64,000 nt of DNA from an uncultured Verrucomicrobiae bacterium. GTDB taxonomy: Bacteria > Verrucomicrobiota > Verrucomicrobiia > Limisphaerales > JAFGQR01. Both the position numbers and the translations under genes were made by a program. Of this stretch, positions 49,012-60,164 are shown one piece after another. Each line of letters starts with the position of its first letter. The stretch's first letter is position 1. Where the stretch lies: positions 96,001 through 160,000 of the forward strand of contig CAWBHS010000022.1 in assembly GCA_963788655.1 (NCBI GenBank), written 5' to 3'. The notes under the pieces were generated by a model. It did no database searches, had not been told where the DNA came from, and was given only the letters and a program-made list of their open reading frames with translations.

Positions 49012-49207
49012 AGCCGTATCCATTCAGTAGCTGGAGCAGCGATGACGCGATTCGGCGCGGTAGGACAGGCGTCTCGCCTGTCTCGGATAACGAAGGGCGT
49101 TCTCACTTATGGGTGACCTTGGAAGAGTCCCAGCCCAGCGATGCAAGTCGGTGGCTTCGTTCCATTCGGGACAGGCGGGACGCCTGTCCTACTGAATAGT
49201 CACGGCT
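49012..49207. mobile_element. MITE/REPIN-like non-autonomous element with nested inverted repeats
   Basis: Outer IR AGCCGTATCCATTCAGTAG / CTACTGAATAGTCACGGCT (16/19) and inner REP doublet GTAGGACAGGCGTCTCGCCTGTC (49060-49082) / GACAGGCGGGACGCCTGTCCTAC (49170-49192, 22/23). Confidence 0.6.
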
Positions 49208-49246
49208 TGGGGTGAATCTACATCCCCTCGTTCACTGCCTAACGAA

Positions 49247-50716
49247 TCATTTCACCGCCAGTTGCCGGGTAATTTGAAACTTCTCGATCCGTTTGCGCAG
49301 TGTCGCCCGGGTGATGCCCAGCAACCGGGCCGCCTGCACCTGATTGCCGTTGGTATCCATCAGGGCCTGAATGATCAGTTCCCGTTCGACTGCCGGTAGA
49401 ATTTTGAGCGCCGGTTGCTGGCGCGCCCATTGAAACAGCCGTTGCGCCAGGGCGGGAATCTCTTCCGGAATCACGGGCAGCTCGTCCCCTCGGGAAGCCA
49501 CTCCCGCGGACGAAGGAGTATTTGCGGTTGGCGCGCCCGCGGTTCGATGGGCCGTGATTTCCGCAGGCACATCGCTCAACAGGATGGCGTCGCCCTTGCA
49601 GACCACCAAGGCGCGTTGAATCACGTTCTCGAGTTCCCGCACGTTGCCCGGCCAATCGTAATGGGCCAGGGCCTCGATTACCTCAGGGGTGACAGATTTC
49701 GGACGTTTCGAGCCTTGGCCGGTGAATTTCTTCAAGAAATAATTCACCAACAAGGGAATGTCATCGCGCCGCTCGCGCAGTGCCGGCATGGCCAGGCGAA
49801 CCACATTAAGGCGATAAAACAAATCCTCGCGGAACTCCCGGCGGGCAACGGCGGGTTCGAGGGATTTGTTGGTCGCGGCAATCACGCGCACATCGACCTG
49901 AATCGGTTGATTGCCGCCCACCCGTTCAAAGGTGCCCGATTGTAGGACGCGCAGAATCTTGGCCTGCGTGGCGAGCGGCATGTCGCCGATTTCATCGAGG
50001 AAGATCGTGCCGTGATTGCACTGCTCGAATTTGCCCACCCGCTGGTTGGTCGCCCCGGTGAAGGCGCCGCGTTCGTGCCCAAATAATTCGCTTTCGAGCA
50101 GGTTCTCCGGGATCGCCGCGCAATTGATGGCGAGGAACGGTTTCTCCGCGCGCTGGCTGTGATGATAGATGGCGCGGGCCACCAATTCCTTGCCGGTGCC
50201 GCTCTCGCCCGTGATCAGCGCCGTCGCGTCCGCCGCGGACAACTGACCGATCAGCTTGAACACGTTTTGCATCGCTTCGCTGCGGCCTACGATGCCCACG
50301 TCGTAATCCTCCGATTCCAACAATGGTTGGTAGGATACCACCCGCTTCATGTCCTGGGCCGCCTTCAAGGCCGACAACACGATCTGCTTGAGCTTGGGCA
50401 CGTCGAACGGCTTGAGCAAATAATCATAGGCGCCTAATTTCATGGCCTCGATGGCGGTTTGCGTCGTGCCGTACGCAGTCATCATGATCACCGGCAGTCG
50501 CGCATCGGTTTGGCGCAAACGGCGCAAGGTTTCCAGGCCGCTCAGGCCACCCATCCGCACGTCCATGATCACCAAGTCGGGTTTGAGCCGGGGAATGACT
50601 TCCAGCCCTTCTTCGCCGCTGTTGCAGGTTGTGATGTCAAGCTCGGGCGAATCGAAAATGCGGCGGAAGGAATATTGGACATCCGCCTCATCGTCTATCA
50701 ATAACAGTTTGTTCAT
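49247..50716 (-). CDS. Sigma-54-dependent response regulator (REC-AAA+-Fis HTH, NtrC family)
   Basis: LLIDDE, DVRM, KPFD, GESGTGKE, ESELFGHERGAFTGA, FLDEIG, FREDLFYRL, WPGNVREL and GNQVQAARLLGITR. Confidence 0.95.
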   Translation of the reverse strand: MNKLLLIDDEADVQYSFRRIFDSPELDITTCNSGEEGLEVIPRLKPDLVIMDVRMGGLSGLETLRRLRQTDARLPVIMMTAYGTTQTAIEAMKLGAYDYLLKPFDVPKLKQIVLSALKAAQDMKRVVSYQPLLESEDYDVGIVGRSEAMQNVFKLIGQLSAADATALITGESGTGKELVARAIYHHSQRAEKPFLAINCAAIPENLLESELFGHERGAFTGATNQRVGKFEQCNHGTIFLDEIGDMPLATQAKILRVLQSGTFERVGGNQPIQVDVRVIAATNKSLEPAVARREFREDLFYRLNVVRLAMPALRERRDDIPLLVNYFLKKFTGQGSKRPKSVTPEVIEALAHYDWPGNVRELENVIQRALVVCKGDAILLSDVPAEITAHRTAGAPTANTPSSAGVASRGDELPVIPEEIPALAQRLFQWARQQPALKILPAVERELIIQALMDTNGNQVQAARLLGITRATLRKRIEKFQITRQLAVK

Positions 50717-50849
50717 CCAGATCGTGACTGTGGCCAAAGCCGGGAGATGAGTCAAGTCGGGCTCGGAAAAACGCGGCTCAAGGAATGGCGGCGATCGACA
50801 GATGGCGTGACCATCGGCCTGCCCGCATCAATTCTGCGCACGAAACCGT

Positions 50850-50877
50850 TTGACTTGGCGGAACGGCTGAACATAAT
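50850..50877 (+). promoter_or_regulatory. Candidate sigma70 promoter of the FHA gene
   Basis: TTGACT-16 nt-CATAAT, 20 nt before ATG 50898. Confidence 0.5.
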
Positions 50878-50897
50878 CGATTTCAATTAGCGAAGAT

Positions 50898-51398
50898 ATG
50901 GCGAGACTTGTCCTCCTAAGCGAAGGCTTGACCGGGCGCACGTATGAACTGAAGGTCGAAAAGACCACGGTTGGACGGGTGTCGGATAATGCCTTCGAGA
51001 TCTCCGAGGCGTCCGTGTCCAGTCATCACGCTGAAATCATTCTCAAAGGCAACGAGGTGTTGATCCACGATTTGGACTCCACCAACGGAACCTTTATCAA
51101 CGGCCAAAAAATCTCCGAAGCCGTGTTGAAGCCCGGTCAGATTCTTCGTCTGGGAATGGTGGAAATGCGTCTGGAAACTGGGGAAGCGGCGCCGTCCAAG
51201 CAAAACTTTGACCAGACGCGCGTCATTCCGCAGGGCGTCAAGCTGGACGAATTGAAAGGTGACCGCGCGCCCTTGGACCTCAAGAACACCGCCTTTTCCA
51301 AGAAAAGCAACAAGTTCACCACCTACTTTATCATCGGCGCGGGCATCGTCGGCCTGATCCTGATTGGCCTGCTGGTTTACGTAACCATGTTGCGGTAA
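50898..51398 (+). CDS. FHA-domain protein with C-terminal membrane anchor
   Basis: VGR, SVSSHH, DLDSTNGTFING and C-terminal FIIGAGIVGLILIGLLVYV. Confidence 0.9.
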   Translation: MARLVLLSEGLTGRTYELKVEKTTVGRVSDNAFEISEASVSSHHAEIILKGNEVLIHDLDSTNGTFINGQKISEAVLKPGQILRLGMVEMRLETGEAAPSKQNFDQTRVIPQGVKLDELKGDRAPLDLKNTAFSKKSNKFTTYFIIGAGIVGLILIGLLVYVTMLR

Positions 51399-51411
51399 CC
51401 ATGCTGCGCCA

Positions 51412-52416
51412 TTAACCCTTCAACCATTGGGCCGCCTCGCCCGCCGAATAGGTGATGATAATGTCGGCGCCAGCCCGGCGAATGGCCAGGAGGGTTTCCA
51501 GAGTCGCCGCCCGTTCATCAATCCAGCCTTTCGCCGCAGCCGCCTTGATCATCGAATACTCCCCGCTGACCGCATACGCTGCCGTCGGATAGCCGAACTC
51601 GGTTTTGACGCGATAAACAATGTCCAGATACGCCAGCGCCGGCTTGACCATCACCATGTCCGCGCCTTCCTGAATGTCCTGCGCCACTTCGCGCAGCGCT
51701 TCGCGGGCGTTGGGCGGATCCATCTGATAACTTCGGCGGTCGCCGAATTTGGGCGCCGATTCCGCCGCTTCCCGAAACGGTCCATAATAAGCCGACGCAA
51801 ACTTGGCCGCATACGACAGGATGGGCGCATCGGTGAATCCGGCCTGGTCCAACGCTTCGCGAATGGCTCGCACCCGGCCATCCATCATGTCGCTGGGCGC
51901 CACCACATCCGCGCCGGCCTCGACGTGGCTGCGGGCCGTCTGCGCCAGCAGTTTCAGGCTCGGGTCGTTGAGAATGCGCGTCCCTTGCGCGTCGCGTTGG
52001 ACGATGCCGCAATGGCCGTGGGTCATGTATTCGCACAAACAGACGTCGGTGATGACCAGCAATTCGGGCAGTTCCTTTTTCAACAAGCGCACGGCCTGCT
52101 GCACGATGCCATTGCGCGCGTAAGCACCGCTGGCCTTCAGATCCTTGCGCTCCGGAATGCCAAACAGCAGGACCGCGGGCACGCCCTGTTCCTGCGCGCG
52201 TTTCGCTTCCTTGAGCATTTCATCCGGCGACAATTGAAACACCCCCGGCATGGCTGGCACCGGATGCCGGACCCGCCGGCCGGGCCGCACAAACAAGGGC
52301 AACACCAACTGGTCCGCACTGAGCCGCGTTTCGGCCACCCAATGGCGCAAGGCCGGCGTCTGCCGCAAGCGCCGGAGTCGTTGCGTGGGAAACGATGCCA
52401 TCAAAGACTGGTTCAT
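51412..52416 (-). CDS. hemB: Porphobilinogen synthase (Zn-type)
   Basis: RLRRLR, DVCLCEYMTHGHCG, APSDMMDGR, YYGPFREA, YQMD, MVKPAL and VSGEY. Confidence 0.97.
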   Translation of the reverse strand: MNQSLMASFPTQRLRRLRQTPALRHWVAETRLSADQLVLPLFVRPGRRVRHPVPAMPGVFQLSPDEMLKEAKRAQEQGVPAVLLFGIPERKDLKASGAYARNGIVQQAVRLLKKELPELLVITDVCLCEYMTHGHCGIVQRDAQGTRILNDPSLKLLAQTARSHVEAGADVVAPSDMMDGRVRAIREALDQAGFTDAPILSYAAKFASAYYGPFREAAESAPKFGDRRSYQMDPPNAREALREVAQDIQEGADMVMVKPALAYLDIVYRVKTEFGYPTAAYAVSGEYSMIKAAAAKGWIDERAATLETLLAIRRAGADIIITYSAGEAAQWLKG

Positions 52417-52422
52417 GCGCGC

Positions 52423-52451
52423 ACCTTACCGAAGCCGCGCGTTTCCTGCAA
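52423..52451 (-). promoter_or_regulatory. Candidate leaderless promoter of hemB
   Basis: Minus strand TTGCAG-17 nt-TAAGGT-6 nt-ATG. Confidence 0.55.
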
Positions 52452-52595
52452 CGCTGCGGTTGGCGCAGACTGGGCTCCTCAGCCGATGGGCAGTTTGCGG
52501 TCATTCGGAACAGTCGAGACGGCTGTCCTACTGAGAGCGCCAAACGAGAATCCATTGTCTTTCCATTTTCCCGAGAACTCGTTAGCCTTGGTGCC

Positions 52596-53899
52596 ATGAA
52601 TCCATTGCTTGTTCGTTCCCGCTTAAGGCTCACCGGTATCTTGTTCCTGGGATTGTCCGTGCTGCCGGGTGTACGCGCGGCGAACTGGCCCCAGTTCCGC
52701 GGCCCCACGGGCCTGGGTTACACCGAGGCAACGAACCTGCCGTTACAATGGGGCGGACCAACACGTGAAAACGTGCTGTGGCAGTCGCCGCTCAAAGGGC
52801 AGGGGCATGCCAGTCCCATCGTGTGGAATGACACCGTGATCGTTTGCACCGCTTACTGGCCACCGGACGCCGGCGCCCATGAGAAGGTCATTCCCGAACA
52901 CCACGTCCTGGGCTATCGGGTCAGCGATGGGAAGCTGCAATGGGACACGAGCGTGCAGCCCGGTTCCTGGTTGCGGACGGATTTCCGGAGCGGCCCTGGA
53001 GGCGGTTACGCCGCGCCAACGCCGACCACGGATGGTGAACTGATTTTTTGCGCGTTTGGTTCCTCGGTGTTGGCGGCCCTCGATTTCCAAGGTCGCATTA
53101 TTTGGCGGAAGGAAATCATTCCCCACACATTCGACGTCACCTTGGGCAGCAGTCCAGTGCTTTATCAGGACACGGTCATCCTGCTCTGCGCCATGGCCAA
53201 ATCCAGTGATTCGCGAGTGGTCGCGTTCGACAAAGTCACGGGCGCGGTGAAATGGCAGCGGAGTTTTCCGGACATGGCTTTCGGGCACAGCACGCCGTTG
53301 ATCATCGACGTGAATTCCCAACCGCAAATGCTGCTGTTGGCTTCGGGCGGTAGTCCGAAAGACAACGCCCTGCGGAGCGTCGATCCCAACGACGGCAAAC
53401 CCCTCTGGTGGTGCGGGGGCGCCGGCGACGCCGCATCGCCCGCATACGCCGCCGGGATGGTTTATTTCGACAGCGGACGCGGCGGTCCGGGCATTGCGGT
53501 GGATGCCACTGGAACGGGTGATGTCTCCGCCGCGCACATCCGTTGGACGATTCCCAAGTGCCTGAGGGAATCGGTTCGCCGATCATTGTCGGCTCGCGCG
53601 TGTATCGTCTTCACAATCCATCCATCCTCAAATGTTGGGATTTGGCGACCGGCAAAACCCTGTATGCCGAGCGACTGGAAGGGCTTTCCACCGCTTGGGC
53701 AAGTCCCATCGCCGATCCCGCGGGGCGAATCTATTTTGCCAATGCGGGCAAAAGTTACGTGCTCCAGGCCGGTCCGGAATTCCGGGTGCTGGCGGTGAAC
53801 GACCTCGGCGATGGCAACCATCCTTCCCCGGCGGTTGCGGGAGACCGGCTTATTCTGGTCGGCCTGAAAAACCTCTATTGCATTGGCCGGCGGGAATGA
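52596..53899 (+). CDS. Secreted PQQ-like beta-propeller protein, frameshifted at ~53555
   Basis: Signal peptide, ANWPQFRGP, GHASPIVW, APTPTTDG, SSPVLY and STPLI. One added base joins RWTIP to VPEGIGSPII...ASPI...SPAVAG. Confidence 0.82.
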
Positions 53900-53969
53900 T
53901 GTGGGGCGGAAGAGCGCCGCAAATTTCCTTCGATCGAGATGGCGGCGGCTTACCGAGACGCCGCTACGG

Positions 53970-55493
53970 TTAGCGTTTTGCCATCTTGTCCAGTGCCGCC
54001 ATGGGGAATTCCTTGGAAGGCGCGTGTTGTTCGCGCATGATCCGTTCGAGCTTGGCCACGATGTCGGCGTGCTGGGCGGCAACATCCCGACTTTCACCCG
54101 GGTCCTGGTCGAGATCGTACAAGGCCAAGTGCAGTTGCGGCTTGGCGTTCTGGCCGGCCGGCTTGAGGTGTTGGCGGATGCCCTTCCAATTCCCGACCCG
54201 TACAAACTGCTGGCCTCCGTAACCGGGAAATTCGCGATACAGAAAAGGGCGCGGTTCCTGCCGTTGCCCAAGCAGTGTTGCGGCAAAGCTTAGGCCGTCA
54301 AGGTCGCGCGGGATGGCGCTTTTGCAGCCGGCCAGTTCCAGCAGCGTTGGCATCCAATCTTCGAAACCGGTGAGGCGATCCGACGTGGTGCCGGGCTGGA
54401 TGTGCCCCGGCCAGCGGACGATCATTGGCACGCGAATACCACCTTCGTACAGGGAACCTTTCAGTCCGCGAAACGGTCCGGCCGACTTGAAGAACTCCGA
54501 GTCTGAACCGCCTAAACGGTTGTAGGTCGGGCCATTGTCGGACGTGAAAACAACAATGGTCTTTTCCTCCAGGCCGAGTTCTTTGACCAAAGCCATCAGC
54601 CGCCCCACTTCGCGATCCAGTCGGGTAACCATGGCCGCGTATGTCGCTCGCGGTGTCCGGTTGGGCAAGTAACCATGACCGCCGGGATAAGGCGGGTCGG
54701 ACCAGCGATTGGTGTATTCGGCCAGGGAATCCGCCGGCACTTGCAGCGCCAGATGCGGGACCACCGAGGGCACGTACAGAAAAAACGGCCGGTTCCAGTG
54801 TTCCCGGACAAATCGCAGCGCCTGTTTGTGAATCAAATCCGGCGCGTAATCTGTGCCGATGTAACCGGCGTAGGACGCGGGATCGTTCGGGTCGGCATCG
54901 GCCGGCAATTTAGCGTACGGAGAAAAGGGCTCGTTGTTCAGGCTGACGCGCCGGTCGTTGTCCCACAGGTAGGTAGGGTAGTAATTGTGCGCGTGGCGCT
55001 GGCAATTGTAGCCGTAGAAGCGATTGAAGCCTTGTTTCAACGGGTCGCCCGTGCTGCCCGGCCCGCCCAGGCCCCACTTGCCGAAGGCGCCGGTGACGTA
55101 ACCCTGTTGTTGGAACGCTTCTCCCATCGTGACCGTGGCCTCCGGAATCGGGAACTGGCCCTCGGGTTTCATCTCGCGATTGTCCCGAACGAACGCGTGC
55201 CCCGGATGTTTGCCAGTCATCAGCACACAGCGCGATGGCGCACAAACGGCGTTGCCGGCGTAGTGCTGCGTGAACCGCATGCCTTCGGCCGCCAACCGAT
55301 CAATGTTCGGCGTGCGAATCTTTTGCTGTCCATAGCACCCCAGTTCGGCGTACCCAAGGTCGTCAGCCATGATAAACATAATGTTGGGGTGGGCCGGGGC
55401 TGCGGCGGCCGACGCGGCAGGAACGCTGGGCAACGTAAGGGCGCCCAGCAACATGATGGCTTTGACAGCGGGATGCTTGATGAAGGTGGTCAT
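53970..55493 (-). CDS. Secreted arylsulfatase-family sulfatase
   Basis: PNIMFIMADDLG, CAPSRCVLMTG, GKWGLG, FTSDNG, KGSLYEGGIRVP and LYDLDQDPGE. Confidence 0.95.
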   Translation of the reverse strand: MTTFIKHPAVKAIMLLGALTLPSVPAASAAAAPAHPNIMFIMADDLGYAELGCYGQQKIRTPNIDRLAAEGMRFTQHYAGNAVCAPSRCVLMTGKHPGHAFVRDNREMKPEGQFPIPEATVTMGEAFQQQGYVTGAFGKWGLGGPGSTGDPLKQGFNRFYGYNCQRHAHNYYPTYLWDNDRRVSLNNEPFSPYAKLPADADPNDPASYAGYIGTDYAPDLIHKQALRFVREHWNRPFFLYVPSVVPHLALQVPADSLAEYTNRWSDPPYPGGHGYLPNRTPRATYAAMVTRLDREVGRLMALVKELGLEEKTIVVFTSDNGPTYNRLGGSDSEFFKSAGPFRGLKGSLYEGGIRVPMIVRWPGHIQPGTTSDRLTGFEDWMPTLLELAGCKSAIPRDLDGLSFAATLLGQRQEPRPFLYREFPGYGGQQFVRVGNWKGIRQHLKPAGQNAKPQLHLALYDLDQDPGESRDVAAQHADIVAKLERIMREQHAPSKEFPMAALDKMAKR

Positions 55494-55547
55494 GACCGTG
55501 AAGTTCCCAAACGGTCTGCCCTTTGAACAGTCTGAATTTTCAAACCG

Positions 55548-58500
55548 CTATGGAAGCGTAACCGACCGATAGAAGCAGGGGGAGAAATTGGTCGAGCCGG
55601 GGTGAACCAGGTCCAACATCCCCATGGGTGTGTTGGTGATGAGCCACGTGTTCCAGGTTTGCAGGTCGGTCGAATACTGAACTGCAAATTGTCCTTCGGG
55701 TTGACCGGTCAGCCGCAATTGGTTTTCTCCGGAAGGGCCGGCCCCCAGCGGAGTCAGTTGCGACGGTGTAGCCAGGCGGTAGTTCAAATGCACCACACCG
55801 CTGGCGCCACCGACCCCGTCCACCGCGAAGTAATATACCGTGCCCGGCGTCACGTCGAACATCACCGCGCTGTCGAAGCCATCCATTCCGCCGTCGTTAT
55901 CGCAGGCGACGGGGATCAGGCTCTCAAAGGTGTCGCCGCCAGTGTACACAGCCAGCACGGTGTCGAAATCGCTGCCGTCGGTATTGAGATAGAGCGCCCC
56001 GTTGGCTTCGGCCAGATAGGCAAACCAGTGCGAGGCCCCGCCGGCTTCGCCACAGTGATTGGGTTCGCCCGGTTCCTTGCTTGCCCCGGCGGTGCTGAAT
56101 ACTTGCGATCCCGAATAACCGCGGCTGACCGTGAACCCTCTGGTGCCGCCTTTGCCGCTGGCAAGCGCTGGGGCAAAACCAAACAGCCCAGCGCCGCCCA
56201 GCCGCAGTGGTTTGCCTGAGCGAATTAGATGCACCAGCTTGTTGTAGGCGCGCACGTCCTCGATTTCATCTCCGGTTTGGTTGAATTGCAAGTCGGCGAC
56301 GGGGCTTTCGACGTAATAACTGCCCTGGCTAATCTTCACCGAGTATTTACCGACCTTGAGGGCGTCGGCGTTGGTGATGACCAGTCGATTGGTGATGGCA
56401 TTCGGAATGGGCAAACCATTGAATAACCACTGGTAACTCAGCGCCGGGTCGGTGCTGTTCGCGAGTTCGACCTGGAAGACCACCAGGTTGCTGAGCACAA
56501 TCGTCTGGCTGACCGGCTGGACCGTAATCTGGGGCAGGCGATTGGTGGTGGTGAGAAAATTCCATTGCAACACCACGTTCCCTGCGGCGCCGTTTAGGCC
56601 GTCCACCGCGATGCGATACCATTCCCCGGCCACGGTATTGAAGGACACGGCGCTGGTCAAAAAACCGCCGCGGTCTTCGTCGCTGGCGACTTCCGTCAGG
56701 GCGTCCACAGTGTCGCCGGTGTACACGGCCAGCAGGGTGTCAAAGTCGCTGCCGCGGGTGTTGAACGTGGCAATTCCGTTGCCGGGCGCCTGCCAGGTGA
56801 GCCACAAAATCTGCCGCCGGGCAGGCCGGCATGGTCGGGTTCGCCTGGTTCAACCGTGGCGCTTGTGTTGTTGGCTGTGCCCCGGCCGCTGGAATCGGTC
56901 AACAGCACTTGATCGATGAAATCGTCCATCAGCGGCAACTCGTCCAACCTCACCCGCACCCAGGCCGGTGGGCTTTCGAGGGCGTCCCAGGCACTTTGAA
57001 CGGCCACCGTATAACGGCCACCATCACTCACCTGCACGGGATCGATAACCAGGGTGGCATTGGTGGCGCCGGGCAGGTTGACCCCGTTGCGCCGCCACTG
57101 GACGGACAATGGCTCGCTACCCACGTAGCCGACGTTCAGCACCAGCGCATCGCCTTCCATTATGATCTGGCTCAACGGTGGCTGCGTGATGGCCAGTGGC
57201 TGCGGCGGCACAACGTCCAGCAGCGCTGCCGGACTGAGAACGGCGCCGGTGGCACTGCGAACCAGAACCGAGTAGGCGCCAGCGTCGGCCAGTTGAACCG
57301 GGTCCAACAGAAGAATGGCATTGGTGGCGCGCGGAATGGGATTGCCATTGAACCACCATTGGTAGGTGACGGAACTGGCGCCCGTTACGGTAACCGCAAA
57401 CTTTACGCGGCCGTCCACGTAACCCTGTTGGGTTTGCGGCGCCATCTCTATGGCCGGCATGCCGGGCTGCGTGTATTTCAGGACCAAATAATCCTCGTCG
57501 GACGTGCTCCCGCGCGACGTGCCGCCCACGACCACCTCGCCGGCGGCATTCACCGCGACGGCGCTCCCGCGATCCTCCATTCCGGCGTAGTCATAGTTTT
57601 CCTGCCATTGGAGCTGGCCGTGCGCGTCGTATTTGACCGTTAGCACGTCGCTGGTGGAACCACTGTCGCTGGTGCCGGTGACATAGACGTTGCCCGCCAA
57701 ATCCAGCGCCAGGGCGGTCGCGGCGTCCTTCCGCGGCAAGGAGTGGATGGCCACCCAAAGCAGGTTGCCGTCGCGATCATACTTGAGCGTGCCGAAGTTC
57801 TCGTTATTGGCGGCGGAAACGACGCCGGCAACGAACACATTGCCCTCGCGATCGACCGCCAGCGCGGCGGGGGCGTCGTCCTTCTGGTCCGGCCCATCGT
57901 AACGGCGCGCCCAGAGTTGGTGGCCGTTCGCGTCGTACTTGACGGTGGCGAAATCCTGTTTGGTGCTGTCGCCTTCGGAAGTCCCGGTCACAATCACATT
58001 GCCCTCACCGTCCAGCACCAGGGCGACGGCCAAGTCCGATTTGTTGCCGGGACTGGAATAGGTGGCCACCCAGAGCAGGTTGCCATCGGGATCATATTTG
58101 ATCGTGGTAAAATCCTGGCCGTCGGTCAGGCCCACGGCCCCGCCGGTGACATAGACGTTGCCCAATGGGTCCACGGCCAAGGCGCGCGCCTGGTCCGGAT
58201 GCTGGGCGGGACCGTCGTAACGCGTGGGCCAGAGACGAGCGCCGTTGGCCCCAAACTTGACGGTCGTGTAATCGCCGCCGGTGTTTCCCGTGACAATCAC
58301 AGCGCCGGAATCATCCACGGCCACGCAGCACGCCGCGTCATCGACACTGTAGGAATAACGCGCCGTCCAGAGGGTGTTCCCGGTTGGACCGTATTTGAGC
58401 GTGGCAAAATCGGAATTGCCGCCGCGGGATTCGCCAGTGACATACACGTTGCCCGCGAGATCCACGGCGAGGCCGTTGGCTTGGTCGTAATCATTGCCGG

Positions 58501-60164
58501 GCCCATCGTAGCGATTGGTCCACAGGGCCGTTCCGTCCGAAGCATATTTCACTGTCAGATAGTCCAGGCTCGAAGCGTCGCCCTCGGAGGTGCCCGTGAC
58601 GAGCGTGTTCCCGGCGGCATCGAGCACCATAGCCCGGAGTTCGTCAGCGCGGTTGGCGGGACCGTTGTAGCGCGCGGTCCAGGCCAGCGTGGGCGAGGTG
58701 GCGTTGACGATAGGCTGGCTGGCGGCAAACTCCGAGGTGTTCCCAGCCGAATCCGTGGCCGTTGCCGAGACAACGCGAGCCTCGGGATCCGGGGCCGGTA
58801 AGGTGACCCTAAACGCCGCCTGGCCCGCGGCGTTGGCTACTACGTTGACCGCACCGAGGAATGATTTGCCTTCGCCAAAGCCGGATGCATCCATCGCCGG
58901 GCTCGCAAAGAACTCGAGCCAGTAAGTGAGGTTGGGCAGGCTCTTGAGCGTGCCAGCGAGCTCGAGGGTGTTGCCCTGGTTCGTGGCCGAGTTGATGACC
59001 GGATAGTTTTGGAGGCTGTTGGCGCCGGAGTCGGTGTCGGTGGAATCGTTCGGTTCCACCCCGGCCGTTGCCAGATCGATGCCCAAACCGGCGTTTTCAA
59101 AAATGGAGTTGCCCAGCACGGTATTGGTGGCCCAGAGCACCCAAACACCCGGGCCGCCGTTGAAGGCGATGGTATTGCCGGCGCCCGCGTTTGTGCCGCC
59201 CACGGAACATCCGGGCGCGTTGGTTAGAAAGATTCCGCCCAGTGCATTGCCAAGGTGGCGTGAACCGGAGTAATCCGTGCCGATGAAGTTGCCTGCGATG
59301 GTGTTGTTGAAACAGTTGTTCAGGAACAGGCCGTAATCGTTGATGCCGGTGCCGTGGCTGCCCGCGATGATGTTGCCGGCTCCGGGATCCGAACCGCCAA
59401 TCTGGTTGTTGGAGGCGTTGGGATTCGTCAGCAGGATCGCCGGGCCCATATTTCCGAGCGGTTGCGTGCCGCTGGCGTCCGTGCCGAGGTAATTGCCCTG
59501 GATGATCTGGCTCCCGGAGTTTTGCAGGTAAATCCCGCCCGTCTGATTGTCACTGATCACGTTTCGCTGGGCGGGGGCCGGGCCGCCGATGCGAGCGCCG
59601 CCGGCGGTGGACCGGATGCCATAGCCGCGATTGCCCGCCGGGGTGACGCCATCCACGTCCACGCCGATGAAATTTCCCTCGATCTGGGTATCCGCAAACC
59701 CGAACAAATAAATACCGTCGGCATCGAAATTCAGAATTGCCAGGCCCTTGATGGCGCAGCCGGTATCGTTGATCGCGAGGCCCTTGGCGCCGTCACTGTT
59801 CCCGCTGCCGATCAGGCGGATCAGGATCACCGCATTGTTGCCGTTGGAAAGCGTGTTGGCGCTGGCGCCCGGTTGGGTATAGCCGTCAATGGCAACCGGC
59901 TTGGTGATGTTGGGCAAAGCGCCGCTGACCGCGCGGACGGTGTGAGGCCCCGCGCCGGGGATGGCGAACTGGATGGTGTCCGCATCCGAGGATGCATTGG
60001 CGTCGGCGATGGCCTGGCGCAACGTGCCGGCACCGCTGTCATTCGTCGAGGTCACGGTAAATATTGCTGCCTGGCTCGCGTCGCAGAGCGGTCAATAATA
60101 GCAGGCCACCAACGGCCGCTTGGACCAGAGGCCACACTCGGTGGACAAAAAAGCAACGTTTCAT
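55548..60164 (-). CDS. Large secreted multidomain protein (beta-helix, SBBP propeller, Ig, PPC-like domains) with two frameshifts (~60092, ~56807)
   Basis: A signal peptide from ATG 60164 is shifted relative to AIFTVTSTNDSGAGTLRQAI. GNxIGTD beta-helix repeats, about 7 WxxRYDG...GNVYVTG repeats, three Ig (xQWxxNG) domains, two DTxLAVYTG domains and a C-terminal STDLQTW...FYR. Confidence 0.85.

Noticed and set aside
52395..52595. N-terminal extension of the PQQ-propeller ORF
   Set aside because: It overlaps the hemB start, its promoter and a REP remnant; the signal peptide starts at 52596.
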